The notes beneath the pieces are model-generated. The model made no database searches and had not been told where the DNA came from. It saw only the letters and a program-made list of their open reading frames with translations. The position numbers were made by a program, and so were the translations under genes. 64,000 nucleotides of DNA from Candidatus Omnitrophota bacterium (GTDB taxonomy: Bacteria; Omnitrophota; Gorgyraeia; Zapsychrales; Zapsychraceae): assembly GCA_022703565.1 (NCBI GenBank), contig JAKLDK010000001.1, positions 8,017-72,016 of the forward strand, given 5' to 3'. Position 1 is the stretch's first letter. Every line of letters begins with the position of its first letter. This document shows, piece after piece, positions 1 through 9,660 of the stretch.

Positions 1-1
1 C

Positions 2-406
2 GGAAAAAGAGTTAGGGCGCCTAAGCTTTTTACGGTTACGCCCTATAAAACGCTTTATCAAATGACTTCGACTGTTAAGGCAAAGACAAAGGACAATGTT
101 TCAATGCGTGAACTCTTCAAGGCGCTCTTTCCGTCGGGTTCGGTAACCGGTGCGCCGAAGATACGGGCGATGCAAATTATTCGCGAATTGGAAAAAGAGG
201 AAAGGAAAATTTATACCGGCGCCATAGTTTATATTACGCCGCAGAATGATTTTTATTTTAATGTTCCGATTAGGACAATTTTGCTTGAAGGGAATAAAGG
301 CGAAATGGGAATTGGCGGCGGGATTGTTTGGGACTCGACACCAGAAGGCGAATGGCAAGAGGGCTTATTAAAGGCCAAATTTTTTACTGATTTGCTAAAA
401 AAATAG
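2..406 (+). CDS. Chorismate-binding enzyme C-terminal fragment (anthranilate/aminodeoxychorismate synthase component I-like); the 5' end lies upstream of the window
   Basis: The frame is open from position 2. The C-terminal motifs SGSVTGAPKIRAMQII, YTGAIVY and GIGGGIVWDS with a terminal EGLLKA are typical of the TrpE/PabB fold. Confidence 0.7.
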   Translation, partial: GKRVRAPKLFTVTPYKTLYQMTSTVKAKTKDNVSMRELFKALFPSGSVTGAPKIRAMQIIRELEKEERKIYTGAIVYITPQNDFYFNVPIRTILLEGNKGEMGIGGGIVWDSTPEGEWQEGLLKAKFFTDLLKK

Positions 407-569
407 GGGCAGACACCATTTATTGAATAAATAAAAGATTCAAGATAAGAAATCAAAGATGCCGGGACACGTTCTGAATATATTTATGAAACATGTCCGC
501 TAGCAGGGACATGAACCAGCAAAATTATAAGTTCGTGTCCCCATTCAATTAAAAGTTGTCCCTATTTTT
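399..569. repeat. Nested inverted-repeat element built on GGGACA/TGTCCC (expanded form of the 50701-50743 hairpin)
   Basis: The outer arms AAAATAGGGGCAGACACCATTTATT (about 402-428) and GTTGTCCCTATTTT (555-568) match the two arms of the terminator at 50701-50743 with 2 mismatches. Here they are separated by about 125 bp containing two further nested hairpins: GGGACACG...CGTGTCCC and CATGTCC-gctagca-GGACATG. Confidence 0.5.
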
Positions 570-996
570 CTTTTTTGTTTATAAACGGCAGAAAGAAGTC
601 GTTAATTGTTAGGCTTTTTACAGCGTGGCAGAATTTTTTGCTATCGACGGGTTTCTTGATGTAGCCATTTACGTGCAGTTTATAAGATTTCATAATATCT
701 TGATCCGAGTCGGATGTGGTTAAAACTATTACCGGAATGTTACTTAGCTCATTGCTAGTTCTAATTTCTCTTAGAACTTCATGGCCGTCTTTTTTGGGCA
801 TATTTAAATCTAAAAGAATAATATCCGGCCGAAAAGCTTCTTGATAAGGGGCTTTTTTGTATAAAAAATCAATAGCATCAACTCCGTCATTAACAACCGA
901 TAGGGTATGTTCTATTCCGCCTTCTTTGAGGGCTCTTTTGGCGATTGCGATATCAGTTTCATTGTCATCAACCAAGAGAATATGAAGTGGATTCAT
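562..996 (-). CDS. Single-domain response regulator (CheY-like receiver)
   Basis: The protein (144 aa) has the acidic pocket ILLVDDNETD, the phospho-acceptor in ILLDLNMP, and conserved T and K in IPVIVLTTS and YIKKP. Confidence 0.85.
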   Translation of the reverse strand: MNPLHILLVDDNETDIAIAKRALKEGGIEHTLSVVNDGVDAIDFLYKKAPYQEAFRPDIILLDLNMPKKDGHEVLREIRTSNELSNIPVIVLTTSDSDQDIMKSYKLHVNGYIKKPVDSKKFCHAVKSLTINDFFLPFINKKEK

Positions 997-1011
997 ACTT
1001 GAATTATAGCA

Positions 1012-1824
1012 TCAATATAAGCAGGAAACCAAGGTTAAAATACCAAAAATTACAACAAAGAATCCAAAGTTAATTTTGCGCAACAATTGAAACAAGAAAT
1101 GAATTGTCATCATTCCGACGAGGAAAGAACTTAAAAGCCCCAGCCAGGAATATTGGGCAAAAACAATTTCTTCTGAATTAGAAAAAGATTCATAAAGCAT
1201 GAGAGCAATGTTCCCTAAAAGAATAACCGGCAGGCTCATTAAATAGCTGATTCTAAGCGCTTGTTCTTTGTCGAATTTAAGAAATATAAATGTAGATACG
1301 GTTAATCCTGAGCGGGATAACCCGGGCAAAGGCGCAAAGGCCTGGACAAATCCCAAAAGGCCGGCGTCGGATATTTTTAAGTCGCTCACGGTTTTTAATC
1401 CTGTCGGCTTGGCTTTCATTTGCAGAAAACCGGTAATGATTAAGCAAGTTCCAATAAGTAGTGTAATGATATTTCCGATAGATGTTTTTTCTAGTGCGTC
1501 GGATAAGGTTTTAAGCACGATGACGCCTAATATCCCGGTAATAAAGGTAGAAACAATTAAAAAGATAAATAGTTTTTTGTTTTCGTCTGATTGTTTTTTA
1601 TAAAAGAGAAGAGTTTTTAAAAGCGATAAAACATCTTTTCGAAAATAAATAGCGGCCGCTAAAAATGTGCCCAAATGCAAGAAAAGGGCGTATTCCATAT
1701 TTTCAAATAATGTTGCCGGTTTATTAAAAAGGTGCGTGCTGGCCAAGACAATAAGCCCGTCGGAACTTAAAGGCAGCCATTCGGCAAAACCCTGGATAAT
1801 CCCCAAAACAATATTTTCTATCAT
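1012..1824 (-). CDS. uppP: Undecaprenyl-diphosphatase (BacA/UppP)
   Basis: N-terminal GIIQGFAEWLPLSSDG motif; polytopic membrane protein of 270 aa. Confidence 0.85.
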   Translation of the reverse strand: MIENIVLGIIQGFAEWLPLSSDGLIVLASTHLFNKPATLFENMEYALFLHLGTFLAAAIYFRKDVLSLLKTLLFYKKQSDENKKLFIFLIVSTFITGILGVIVLKTLSDALEKTSIGNIITLLIGTCLIITGFLQMKAKPTGLKTVSDLKISDAGLLGFVQAFAPLPGLSRSGLTVSTFIFLKFDKEQALRISYLMSLPVILLGNIALMLYESFSNSEEIVFAQYSWLGLLSSFLVGMMTIHFLFQLLRKINFGFFVVIFGILTLVSCLY

Positions 1825-1913
1825 AAATTTTCTTTCTAGTATTGAGTATTTTACCTTGTGATATCATACTCTTTCGTATAAAATGTTATAGTTATTTTAG
1901 TATAATTCCAGAT

Positions 1914-2393
1914 ATGAGCGATAAAATTAATAAGAAATTTATGAAGATGGCAATTGCCAAGGCCAAGGCCGGAATAAGAAAAGGCCAAACGCCTTTTGGG
2001 GCCTGCATTGTCAAAAAAGGTCGAGTAATAAGCTGCGAGCATAATACTGTTTGGAAAAGCTGCGATATTACGTCTCACGCGGAAGTGCATGCAATAAGAA
2101 AAGCCTGTAAAAAGCTTAAAAATATCAGCTTAGAAGGCTGTACAATCTACTCGACGTGTGAACCGTGCCCAATGTGCTTCTCAGCTTGTCACTGGGCGAA
2201 AATTTCAAAGATTGTTTATGGCGCGAGGATTAGCGATGCTAAAAAAAGCGGGTTTAATGAGCTGAATATTTCGAATAAAGTTTTAAAATCAAAAGGAAGA
2301 AGCCGGGTTAAAATTGTGCCGGATTTTATGCGGCGCGAAAATGCCGAGCTTTTTATGTTGTGGCAAAAACTAAATAAAAGCAAAATATATTAA
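1914..2393 (+). CDS. CMP/dCMP-type zinc deaminase, TadA-like tRNA adenosine deaminase
   Basis: HAEVHAI...CEPCPMCFSA zinc-binding signature. Start chosen at the ATG at 1914 (MSDKINKK) rather than the longer ORF-track start. Confidence 0.7.
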   Translation: MSDKINKKFMKMAIAKAKAGIRKGQTPFGACIVKKGRVISCEHNTVWKSCDITSHAEVHAIRKACKKLKNISLEGCTIYSTCEPCPMCFSACHWAKISKIVYGARISDAKKSGFNELNISNKVLKSKGRSRVKIVPDFMRRENAELFMLWQKLNKSKIY

Positions 2394-2407
2394 TCGGAGA
2401 TAAAGAA

Positions 2408-2836
2408 ATGAACAAAGCGTTTTTGTTGTTAAGTTTGGTTTTCCTGGCGGGATGTGTAGTGACAACTCAAGAAGCATCTCTTCCGACGATATCGGAAACA
2501 ACAGCCTTAAGGAATGAAAAGGGTTTGACGAATATTGGTAAGGTTTACGTGGGAATGACATTTAGTGAAGTCAAAACAGTAATGGGCAATGTAACTACTA
2601 TAGGATACGAAAAGAGCCCGTTGAATACCTCCGGAAACGAGGCCATTACGATAAAGAATCCTTACCGGGAAGAGACTCTGGACATTAAAGGAAAGCAATA
2701 CCTGGTAGCTTATTATTTTATTAATGTTCTAAAATCCGACGAGATGGTTTCTGACGACGAATTAATCCCGCTTGTTTTTCTAAACGATTATTTAGTCGGA
2801 AAAGGTTGGGACTTCTTTATAAAGCTTAAAAACTAG
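2408..2836 (+). CDS. Hypothetical lipoprotein
   Basis: Signal peptide with lipobox LVFLAGC; no recognisable domain. Confidence 0.5.
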   Translation: MNKAFLLLSLVFLAGCVVTTQEASLPTISETTALRNEKGLTNIGKVYVGMTFSEVKTVMGNVTTIGYEKSPLNTSGNEAITIKNPYREETLDIKGKQYLVAYYFINVLKSDEMVSDDELIPLVFLNDYLVGKGWDFFIKLKN

Positions 2837-2853
2837 AATGGCCTTGTAATTTA

Positions 2854-3804
2854 GTGAAAGATTTCTTAAGTTTTTCTAATCCGTTAATTTTTTACGATAA
2901 AATCGAGCAAAACCTCAATTGGCAAGAAGAGTTTGGCCGCAAGGCTCCGCTTAATGTTGAGATCGGCTTTGGTATGGGCGAATTCTTAGTCCGGACCGCA
3001 TTAAAGAATCCATCTAATGATTTTGTTGGAATAGAAACCGATTGGGAGAGAATTCATAAAACATTAAAACGAATCAAACGTGAATCTACTGAACAAAAAA
3101 AAGAGCTGAAGAATGTCCGTATTCTAAAAATAGACGCGCGTATTGCATTTTTGTTTTTGTTTTCCAGCCAGGCAATCGATAATATTTTTTGTCTTTTTCC
3201 TTGTCCCTGGCCTAAAAAAGAACATATTAAATATAGACTTTTTACTAATGATTTTCTATCATTAATGAACAACCGTTTGGTCAGTAAAGGCCAAATCCAG
3301 ATTGTGACTGATTCTTTTCCCTTTTATGAATGGATTCTAGGAGAGGTAAAAAATAGCGGATTCTCGGTTAAGACGGAAAAGATATCTCCTAAATTTGACA
3401 CGAAGTATGAAAGGAAATGGCAGGCCGGCGGGCAAAATGAGTTTTATGAAATAGTTTTGATTAAAGAAAAACATATTAAGGTTGAAGAGCAAAAGAGGGT
3501 AAATTTGAAAGCATATAAAATTAATAACTTTAATCCGGATAATTTTCAGTTTGAAGATAAGACTGATGCGGTGTCGGTTATTTTAAAGGATTTTGTTTTT
3601 GATTATAAAAAAGAACGGGGTACGTTTTTGTTTGTTGTCGCGGAGGATAAGCTTACGCAATACTTTAGGGTGTTAATAGATAAAAGAAAAGATGGTTGGC
3701 AAATTTGCCGGGCTGATGGGCAAAATCTTTTTCCAACGCCGGGAATTGAAATGGCCTTACAGCTTACTTTTGAAGCGGTAGAAAAGACAGCGGCTCAAAA
3801 ATGA
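2854..3804 (+). CDS. trmB: tRNA (guanine46-N7)-methyltransferase with C-terminal extension
   Basis: Methyltransf_4 motifs LNVEIGFGMGEF, FVGIE, ILKIDA and FPCPWPKK; GTG start. Confidence 0.8.
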   Translation: MKDFLSFSNPLIFYDKIEQNLNWQEEFGRKAPLNVEIGFGMGEFLVRTALKNPSNDFVGIETDWERIHKTLKRIKRESTEQKKELKNVRILKIDARIAFLFLFSSQAIDNIFCLFPCPWPKKEHIKYRLFTNDFLSLMNNRLVSKGQIQIVTDSFPFYEWILGEVKNSGFSVKTEKISPKFDTKYERKWQAGGQNEFYEIVLIKEKHIKVEEQKRVNLKAYKINNFNPDNFQFEDKTDAVSVILKDFVFDYKKERGTFLFVVAEDKLTQYFRVLIDKRKDGWQICRADGQNLFPTPGIEMALQLTFEAVEKTAAQK

Positions 3805-4616
3805 AAAAGAGCCTAACTACAATATTAATAGCAATCTTTATATTAAATTCTACAATTCTGCATGCTAAAAAAAGTGCCGGGTATAAAATTTCCTGCCGCT
3901 CGGTTATTTTTTCGAATAGTACAAAGAAAAAAAGGCTATATTCCAAAGGCGAAAATAACCGCGTTCTTCCTGCGAGCACGGTTAAGGTCATGACGGCGTT
4001 GATTGTTTTAGAAAAGCTTTCTTTAGACAAGTATGTTCGGGTAAATCAAAGCGCTACTTATGTACAGCCTTCAAAGCTTTATTTAAAGCCAGGGGAGGAA
4101 TATAAGGTAGAAGATTTGCTTTATGCCATTCTTTTAAGTTCTGCTAATGATGCTAGTGTTGTTTTGGCACAAGCAGTGGCTGGGTCGGAGCAAAATTTTG
4201 TTAATCTGATGAACGCTAAAGCCAGGCGCCTGGGTGCAAAACATACGAAGTTTGCTAATTCCAACGGGTTGCCATCAAAAGCAACGCAATATACAACCGC
4301 TTATGATATGTATCTAATCTTTAGAGAGGCTTTAAAAAAGCCTTTTTTTAGAAATGCGATTAAAAAACAATATGCTACGATTTATTCAAAGTCTGGACGG
4401 CAAATTGGACTAGCCAGCCATAATAAAATGTTATTTAAAGGATGGCGGAAACATATTTACGGCAAAACCGGCTGGACCAGAAAAGCGGGGGGATGTTTTA
4501 TTGGCATGGTAGAGAAGAACGGCGATGATTTAATAATTGGCGTTTTTGGCTGTTCCTCGAAAAGATGGAATGACATAAAATATATTACAACGAAGTATGG
4601 CGGGATAAGATTGTAA
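3801..4616 (+). CDS. D-alanyl-D-alanine carboxypeptidase (peptidase S11, PBP5-like), secreted
   Basis: Signal peptide, SxxK active site in LPASTVKVMTAL, and an SAN motif (LSSANDAS). Confidence 0.8.
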   Translation: MKKSLTTILIAIFILNSTILHAKKSAGYKISCRSVIFSNSTKKKRLYSKGENNRVLPASTVKVMTALIVLEKLSLDKYVRVNQSATYVQPSKLYLKPGEEYKVEDLLYAILLSSANDASVVLAQAVAGSEQNFVNLMNAKARRLGAKHTKFANSNGLPSKATQYTTAYDMYLIFREALKKPFFRNAIKKQYATIYSKSGRQIGLASHNKMLFKGWRKHIYGKTGWTRKAGGCFIGMVEKNGDDLIIGVFGCSSKRWNDIKYITTKYGGIRL

Positions 4617-4764
4617 GTATCTTTATATGAATAAGTTTTGATTCTTTCCCGCGTATTATGCCGGTACAAGTTTCGGGTTGAAATAATAGAATTTTGTGGT
4701 ACATTATTGGCATTGCTTTTTAAAGTTTCAGGAAGATATCTCTATATAAAAAGAAAGGAAAGAT

Positions 4765-5613
4765 ATGAACAACAATTTAAAAGTTATTATTGGTGCGGTT
4801 GTTGTTGTTTTGTTGGCGGTTGCGATGTTATATAGTAATATAAAAAGTCCGGCATTGCAGGAAATCATGAAACAGCAGGACGAAATGATTAAAATCCAAA
4901 GCCGCATGGAAGCCAAAATGACAGGTTCCAGCGCCGATAATGCTAAAGTGTATGTTTTAGAAAAGAAAGTAGAAGAATTAGAAAATAAATTAAAAGCACT
5001 CGAAACATTTTTAATGCAAGGAGGCCAGCAGCGGGCACAACAACAGCAACAGCAACAACAACCTCCGGCAGAAGATTTGTCTAAAGTTTATGACCTTCCG
5101 ATCGGTAGTTCTCCGATTCGCGGAAAACAAGACGCTCCGATTACAATTGTTGAATTTAGTGATTTCCAATGTCCGTATTGTTCTCGTTTCCATCCTGTTT
5201 CAATGGAGGTCTTAAAAGCTTTTCCGAATGATGTCAAATATGTCTTAAAGCATTTTCCTTTATCTTTTCATAAGGATGCCAAACCGGCTTCTAAAGCCGC
5301 TTTTGCTGCGAATGAACAAGGTAAATATTGGGAAATGGTCGACGCTTTATACGAAAATAATAAACAGCTAAATGAAGAAAAGTTTAAAGAAATTGCCAAG
5401 GGTTTAGGCATGGATGTTGATAAATTCATGAAAGATTTAAAAGAGAAAGATGCTCAATGGGAAGAAATGATTCAAAAGGATATGAGTTTAGGCTCGCAAT
5501 CCCAGGTACGCGGAACACCGACATTCTTTTTAAACGGCAAAAAAACAATGTCACGTGATTTAAATGGCTTTAAATCAGAGATAGAACAAATATTGCAAGG
5601 AATTAAGAAATAA
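4765..5613 (+). CDS. DsbA-like thioredoxin-fold protein with N-terminal TM anchor, coiled coil and poly-Q linker
   Basis: CxxC motif in FSDFQCPYCSRFHP; N-terminal hydrophobic helix; a run of 8 Q encoded by CAACAG repeats at 5036-5062. Confidence 0.75.
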   Translation: MNNNLKVIIGAVVVVLLAVAMLYSNIKSPALQEIMKQQDEMIKIQSRMEAKMTGSSADNAKVYVLEKKVEELENKLKALETFLMQGGQQRAQQQQQQQQPPAEDLSKVYDLPIGSSPIRGKQDAPITIVEFSDFQCPYCSRFHPVSMEVLKAFPNDVKYVLKHFPLSFHKDAKPASKAAFAANEQGKYWEMVDALYENNKQLNEEKFKEIAKGLGMDVDKFMKDLKEKDAQWEEMIQKDMSLGSQSQVRGTPTFFLNGKKTMSRDLNGFKSEIEQILQGIKK

Positions 5614-5686
5614 TATAAACAAACCAGTGCTTAATTAGCTTTTTCGATTGATAAGTTAATTAATGTCTTTAGGTAAGGAGAATAAG

Positions 5687-5947
5687 ATGGCAAGAAAAGG
5701 CGGCCTATCATCAAAATTTTATCGTGAAACAAAAGGAGTAAAAGTTACCGGTGGAGAACAGGTCACAGCCGGAAAACTTATTACTCGACGGGGAGATAAA
5801 TGGAAGCCGGGATTAAATGTTATCGGCCAGATGCACTTAACGGCAAAATGTGACGGAGAAATTTATTTTACGCGCAAAAGAAATAATTTCAAGAAAGTGG
5901 CAACTTTTGTCAATGTTCGTCCGGCTGCTAAGGCAGAGAAAAAGTAA
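5687..5947 (+). CDS. rpmA: 50S ribosomal protein L27
   Basis: MARKGG...TKGVKVTGGEQVTAGKLITRRGDKWKPGLNVIG...AKCDGEIYF follows the bL27 pattern. An AAGGAG RBS lies 8 nt upstream of the ATG at 5687. There is no upstream rplU. Confidence 0.7.
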   Translation: MARKGGLSSKFYRETKGVKVTGGEQVTAGKLITRRGDKWKPGLNVIGQMHLTAKCDGEIYFTRKRNNFKKVATFVNVRPAAKAEKK

Positions 5948-6050
5948 GTTGTGACCGTTTCTGTTTTTTTTAAGCGAAACCCAGCTCGTAATGTCGTTCA
6001 TTCTATCGGCGGGATAATTTAAGGGTCGTAATAAATTTCAAAAATAAAAT

Positions 6051-7883
6051 ATGTGCGGAATTATAGGCTATATAGGTAAAAAACAAGCAGCCCCAATTCT
6101 TATTGAAAGCCTTAGGAAATTAGAATACCGAGGTTATGACTCAAGTGGAATTGGGGTTATTTCATCTGCGGACGGAAAGATAGTTTTCCGTAAGAACAAA
6201 GGAAAGATTAATGCTTTATGCAATTTATTAAAGTTTTCTCCTTTGCCGAAAACTACCTGTGGTGTTTCGCATACCCGTTGGGCTACTCACGGCGCTCCTA
6301 ACCGTATCAATTCCCATCCCCATGTTGATGAGAGCGGCCAATTCTTGGTTGTACATAATGGTATTATCGAGAATTACGAAGTGCTTAAAGATTCTCTTAT
6401 TAAAAAAGGCCATAAATTTCTTTCCCAAACAGATACAGAAGTTGTGCCGCATTTGATTCAGGAATATTATAAAGGCGACTTTCTTGAAGCAGTTAAAAAA
6501 GCTATTTCAAAATTAAAAGGCGCGTTTGCCTTAGGAATTATTTCTTCAAATCACCCGGATGTGCTAATTGCTGTTCGTGTCGGTTCGCCTTTAATTGTTG
6601 GATTAGGAAAAGATGAGAACTTTATTGCCTCCGATGTTCCGGCGATTTTAGAACATACCAGAAGAATTATTTATCTGAAAGACGAGCAAATAGCTGTCTT
6701 AACTAAAGAGCGGGTGGATGTTTTTAATTTTGACGGGACAAAAGTAAAACCGCAAGTTCATAATGTGGAATTTAAGGTTGATTGTGTTGAGAAACAAGGC
6801 TTTGCGCATTTTATGCTTAAAGAGGTTCATGAGCAACCCCAAGTTATCCAGCACATGATAAATACCAGGATTGTTAGAAATCAGCTCAAGCTTGATGGGA
6901 TTGGCTTGTCGGATAAGCAATTAAAGAGAATTAATAATGTTGTGATTGTCGCTTGCGGTACAGCTTATCATGCGGGAATGGTCGGAAGATACGCGATAGA
7001 GCTTTTAGCAAATGTTCCGGTTGCGGTTGAGTTATCGAGTGAATTTAGGTATAGAAAACCGATAATTTCAAATAAATCATTAGTAATCGCGATCAGCCAG
7101 TCCGGTGAAACCGCGGATACTTTGGCGGCTGTACGCGAAGCCAAAAAAAGAGGCGCAAAAATCCTTTCGATTTGTAATGTTTTGGGTTCTTCTTTGTCGC
7201 GTGAGTCCGAAGGCGTTTTATATACGCATGCTGGGCCGGAAATTGGAGTTGCTTCAACAAAAGCTTATACGGCGCAAATCTGCATGCTTTATCTGTTGTC
7301 TTTGAAGCTATCCTTAGTCCATGGAACCATTCGTAGCGGTGAATTCAAATATCTGGTTAAAAAACTTAAAGAAATTCCAGCGCTATATCATCAAATTTTA
7401 AAAGACAAAAGCAATATTGCCTCAATTGCCAAGAGAAGTTCTCATTTCGGCTGTTTTCTGTTTTTAGGCCGCAATATAAATTATCCTTCTGCCTTAGAAG
7501 GAGCTTTAAAATTAAAAGAAATTTCCTATATTCCAGCAGAAGGTTATGCCGCCGGTGAAATGAAGCATGGGCCCATTGCCTTAATTGACGAATACCGCGC
7601 GGTTGTTTGCGTGGCGACCGAATCGGATATTTACGATAAAATGATTTCCAACATTCAGGAAATTCGTTCCCGAAGAGGAAAAGTAATCGCGATCGCTACC
7701 GCAGGCGACGAGCAAATAAAAAATCATGCCGCGAACGTTATTTATGTTCCTAAGACGGAACAGCTTTTTACCCCATTAACAGTGGCTATCCCGATGCAAT
7801 TGATTGCTTACTATATAGCGGTTAAGCGCGGCTGTGATGTTGACCAGCCAAGAAACCTGGCAAAATCAGTAACGGTTGAATAA
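6051..7883 (+). CDS. glmS: Glutamine--fructose-6-phosphate aminotransferase
   Basis: MCGIIGYIG N-terminal Cys amidotransferase followed by two SIS domains; 610 aa. Confidence 0.95.
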   Translation: MCGIIGYIGKKQAAPILIESLRKLEYRGYDSSGIGVISSADGKIVFRKNKGKINALCNLLKFSPLPKTTCGVSHTRWATHGAPNRINSHPHVDESGQFLVVHNGIIENYEVLKDSLIKKGHKFLSQTDTEVVPHLIQEYYKGDFLEAVKKAISKLKGAFALGIISSNHPDVLIAVRVGSPLIVGLGKDENFIASDVPAILEHTRRIIYLKDEQIAVLTKERVDVFNFDGTKVKPQVHNVEFKVDCVEKQGFAHFMLKEVHEQPQVIQHMINTRIVRNQLKLDGIGLSDKQLKRINNVVIVACGTAYHAGMVGRYAIELLANVPVAVELSSEFRYRKPIISNKSLVIAISQSGETADTLAAVREAKKRGAKILSICNVLGSSLSRESEGVLYTHAGPEIGVASTKAYTAQICMLYLLSLKLSLVHGTIRSGEFKYLVKKLKEIPALYHQILKDKSNIASIAKRSSHFGCFLFLGRNINYPSALEGALKLKEISYIPAEGYAAGEMKHGPIALIDEYRAVVCVATESDIYDKMISNIQEIRSRRGKVIAIATAGDEQIKNHAANVIYVPKTEQLFTPLTVAIPMQLIAYYIAVKRGCDVDQPRNLAKSVTVE

Positions 7884-8548
7884 TGTTATATATTGTTTCC
7901 ACTCCAATTGGAAATCTAGGCGATATTACTTTTCGGGCGGTCGAAATCTTAAAAAATGTTCAATTAATTGCGGCTGAAGACACCCGCCACACCAAGATAC
8001 TCCTCGACAAATATGAAATCAAGACTCCAATGACGAGTTATTTTGAACACAACGAATTTAAAAAGAGCGAAGTTATTTTAAAGGCACTTAAAGAGGGAAG
8101 AGATATTGCTCTTGTAACTGATGCCGGAACGCCGGGCATTAGCGATCCCGGGTATAAATTAATAAAGTTAGCAAAAGAAAATAGTATCCCGATTACGGTT
8201 ATTCCGGGTCCGGCGGCTTTGATTGCGGCTTTAAATTTATCAGGTTTTCCGTCGGATAGCTTTATCTTTGAAGGTTTTATGCCGGTTAAGTGCGGTGCCC
8301 GTCAGAAATTGCTAGATAGTTTTAAGGAGGAATGGCGCACTATAATATTTTACGAATCCCCACACAGGATAGACGAGACAATGGCTGATATCCAAGAGTG
8401 CCTGCCGGATTTTAATGTTGTGATTGCCCGTGAAATTACGAAAAAATTTGAAGAGGTCTTAAGCGGTAAGCCGGCGGAATTATCTGCTATAATCAAAAAC
8501 CACAAATTAAAAGGCGAAATAGTCATCCTTCTTAATAAGGGGAAATAA
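7883..8548 (+). CDS. rsmI: 16S rRNA (cytidine1402-2'-O)-methyltransferase
   Basis: MLYIVSTPIGNLGDITFRAVEIL...AAEDTRHT tetrapyrrole-methylase fold typical of RsmI. Confidence 0.85.
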   Translation: MLYIVSTPIGNLGDITFRAVEILKNVQLIAAEDTRHTKILLDKYEIKTPMTSYFEHNEFKKSEVILKALKEGRDIALVTDAGTPGISDPGYKLIKLAKENSIPITVIPGPAALIAALNLSGFPSDSFIFEGFMPVKCGARQKLLDSFKEEWRTIIFYESPHRIDETMADIQECLPDFNVVIAREITKKFEEVLSGKPAELSAIIKNHKLKGEIVILLNKGK

Positions 8549-8580
8549 AAGGCCTTTAGTTTTATCTGAAAATAACCAAC

Positions 8581-9561
8581 ATGAATCGAAATGAAATTAT
8601 TAAATATTTAAAAGGTGCTGACACAAAAGAGCTTTTTGCTGAGGCTGACCGGGTAAGAAAAGCTTTTGTGGGGGACAGCGTTTATTTGCGCGGGATTATA
8701 GAATTTTCCAATTATTGCTGTCAGGATTGTTTGTATTGCGGGTTAAGGAGAGAAAACAGCAAAATTACCCGTTACCGGATGACATTGGATGAAATTGTTG
8801 CCAGCGCGAAAAAGGCGGTTGAATTAAATATCCCGACGGTAGTATTGCAGTCGGGAGAAGATAATTTTTATTCGGTTGGTGATTTGTGTTCTGTTGTGAA
8901 AGAAATAAAGAAATTTAATTTAGCGGTTACAATGTCTATCGGAGAGCGTTCTTACGATGATTATTGCAAATTAAAGGAGGCCGGGGCTGATAGGTATCTT
9001 TTGCGGTTTGAAACATCGGATGAAGAATTATACGCAAAGTTAAGGCCGGGTAAGAAATTTTCTCAAAGGCTTCAATGCCTTAAATGGCTTAAAGAGCTCA
9101 AATATCAGGCCGGTTCCGGGATTATGGTTGGGCTTCCGGGGCAGTCCATGGAAAGCATTGCTGATGATATCTTGCTTTTTAAGGATTTGGATTTGGACAT
9201 GATTGGTATTGGGCCTTTTTTGCCTCATCCTAATACCCCGCTTGCTCAAAATAAAAGCATAGAATTGGATTTGGTTCTTAAGGTTATTGCCTTAACCAGG
9301 ATTGTTACCGAGAATACCCATATTCCGGCGACAACTGCGGTGGGTACTTTGGATTCCCAGGGGAGGCAAAAGGCTTTAAAATGCGGGGCGAATGTCATAA
9401 TGCCGAATATCACACCAACCAAATACCGCAAGTATTATGAAATTTATCCGGATAAGATTTGTGTTGACGAAGATGCAACCAAATGCCGCGGATGTGTTGA
9501 GGGAATGATACTCGCCTCCGGACGTAAGGTCGGGGTAGGTTTTGGCCATAGTTTAAAATAA
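8581..9561 (+). CDS. Radical SAM protein, BioB/HydE/PylB-like
   Basis: CxxxCxxC in NYCCQDCLYCGL; the ~320-aa size and layout match the biotin-synthase-like subfamily. Confidence 0.6.
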   Translation: MNRNEIIKYLKGADTKELFAEADRVRKAFVGDSVYLRGIIEFSNYCCQDCLYCGLRRENSKITRYRMTLDEIVASAKKAVELNIPTVVLQSGEDNFYSVGDLCSVVKEIKKFNLAVTMSIGERSYDDYCKLKEAGADRYLLRFETSDEELYAKLRPGKKFSQRLQCLKWLKELKYQAGSGIMVGLPGQSMESIADDILLFKDLDLDMIGIGPFLPHPNTPLAQNKSIELDLVLKVIALTRIVTENTHIPATTAVGTLDSQGRQKALKCGANVIMPNITPTKYRKYYEIYPDKICVDEDATKCRGCVEGMILASGRKVGVGFGHSLK

Positions 9562-9590
9562 GCGTATACGACGCCGGTTTAAACAATCCC

Positions 9591-9619
9591 TTGACAAGCT
9601 TTCTATTCGGTGTTATTCT
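9591..9619 (+). promoter_or_regulatory. Sigma70-type promoter of the pyr leader
   Basis: TTGACA (9591-9596), 17-bp spacer, TATTCT (9614-9619). Confidence 0.55.
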
Positions 9620-9642
9620 TTCTAACAACATTAACCTTTAAT

Positions 9643-9660
9643 TTGACCCCGAGAGGTCAA
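9643..9660 (+). promoter_or_regulatory. PyrR-binding stem-loop in the pyr leader
   Basis: TTGACC-CCGAGA-GGTCAA hairpin containing CCCGAGAGG, which resembles the PyrR binding-loop consensus UCCNGNGAGG. It lies about 18 nt after the predicted transcription start. Confidence 0.55.

Noticed and set aside
1268-1603. Numerous antisense or overlapping ORFs in the track (for example 1268-1603, 15054-15581, 16257-16805, 39540-40256, 45579-45935, 48724-49122, 62077-62505)
   Set aside because: Each lies opposite or inside a confidently assigned gene with clear family motifs, and each has low-complexity or hydrophobic nonsense translations. These are shadow ORFs.
1825-1913. Strand-switch point (uppP on the minus strand, everything downstream on the plus strand) as a possible origin of replication
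   Set aside because: The 90-bp gap contains no DnaA boxes or AT-rich unwinding element. A strand switch alone is insufficient evidence.
5036-5062. CAACAG codon repeat (poly-Q run) inside the DsbA-like gene
   Set aside because: It is a simple in-frame trinucleotide repeat encoding a flexible linker. It may be slippage-prone but is not a mobile element, CRISPR or regulatory repeat, so it is not worth a separate finding.
5948-6050. Possible glmS ribozyme in the 5' UTR of glmS
   Set aside because: The gap is only about 100 nt and lacks the conserved glmS ribozyme core (no AGCGCCAGAACU / GACGAGGA-type segments). It is therefore just a short UTR with a weak rpmA terminator-like stem.
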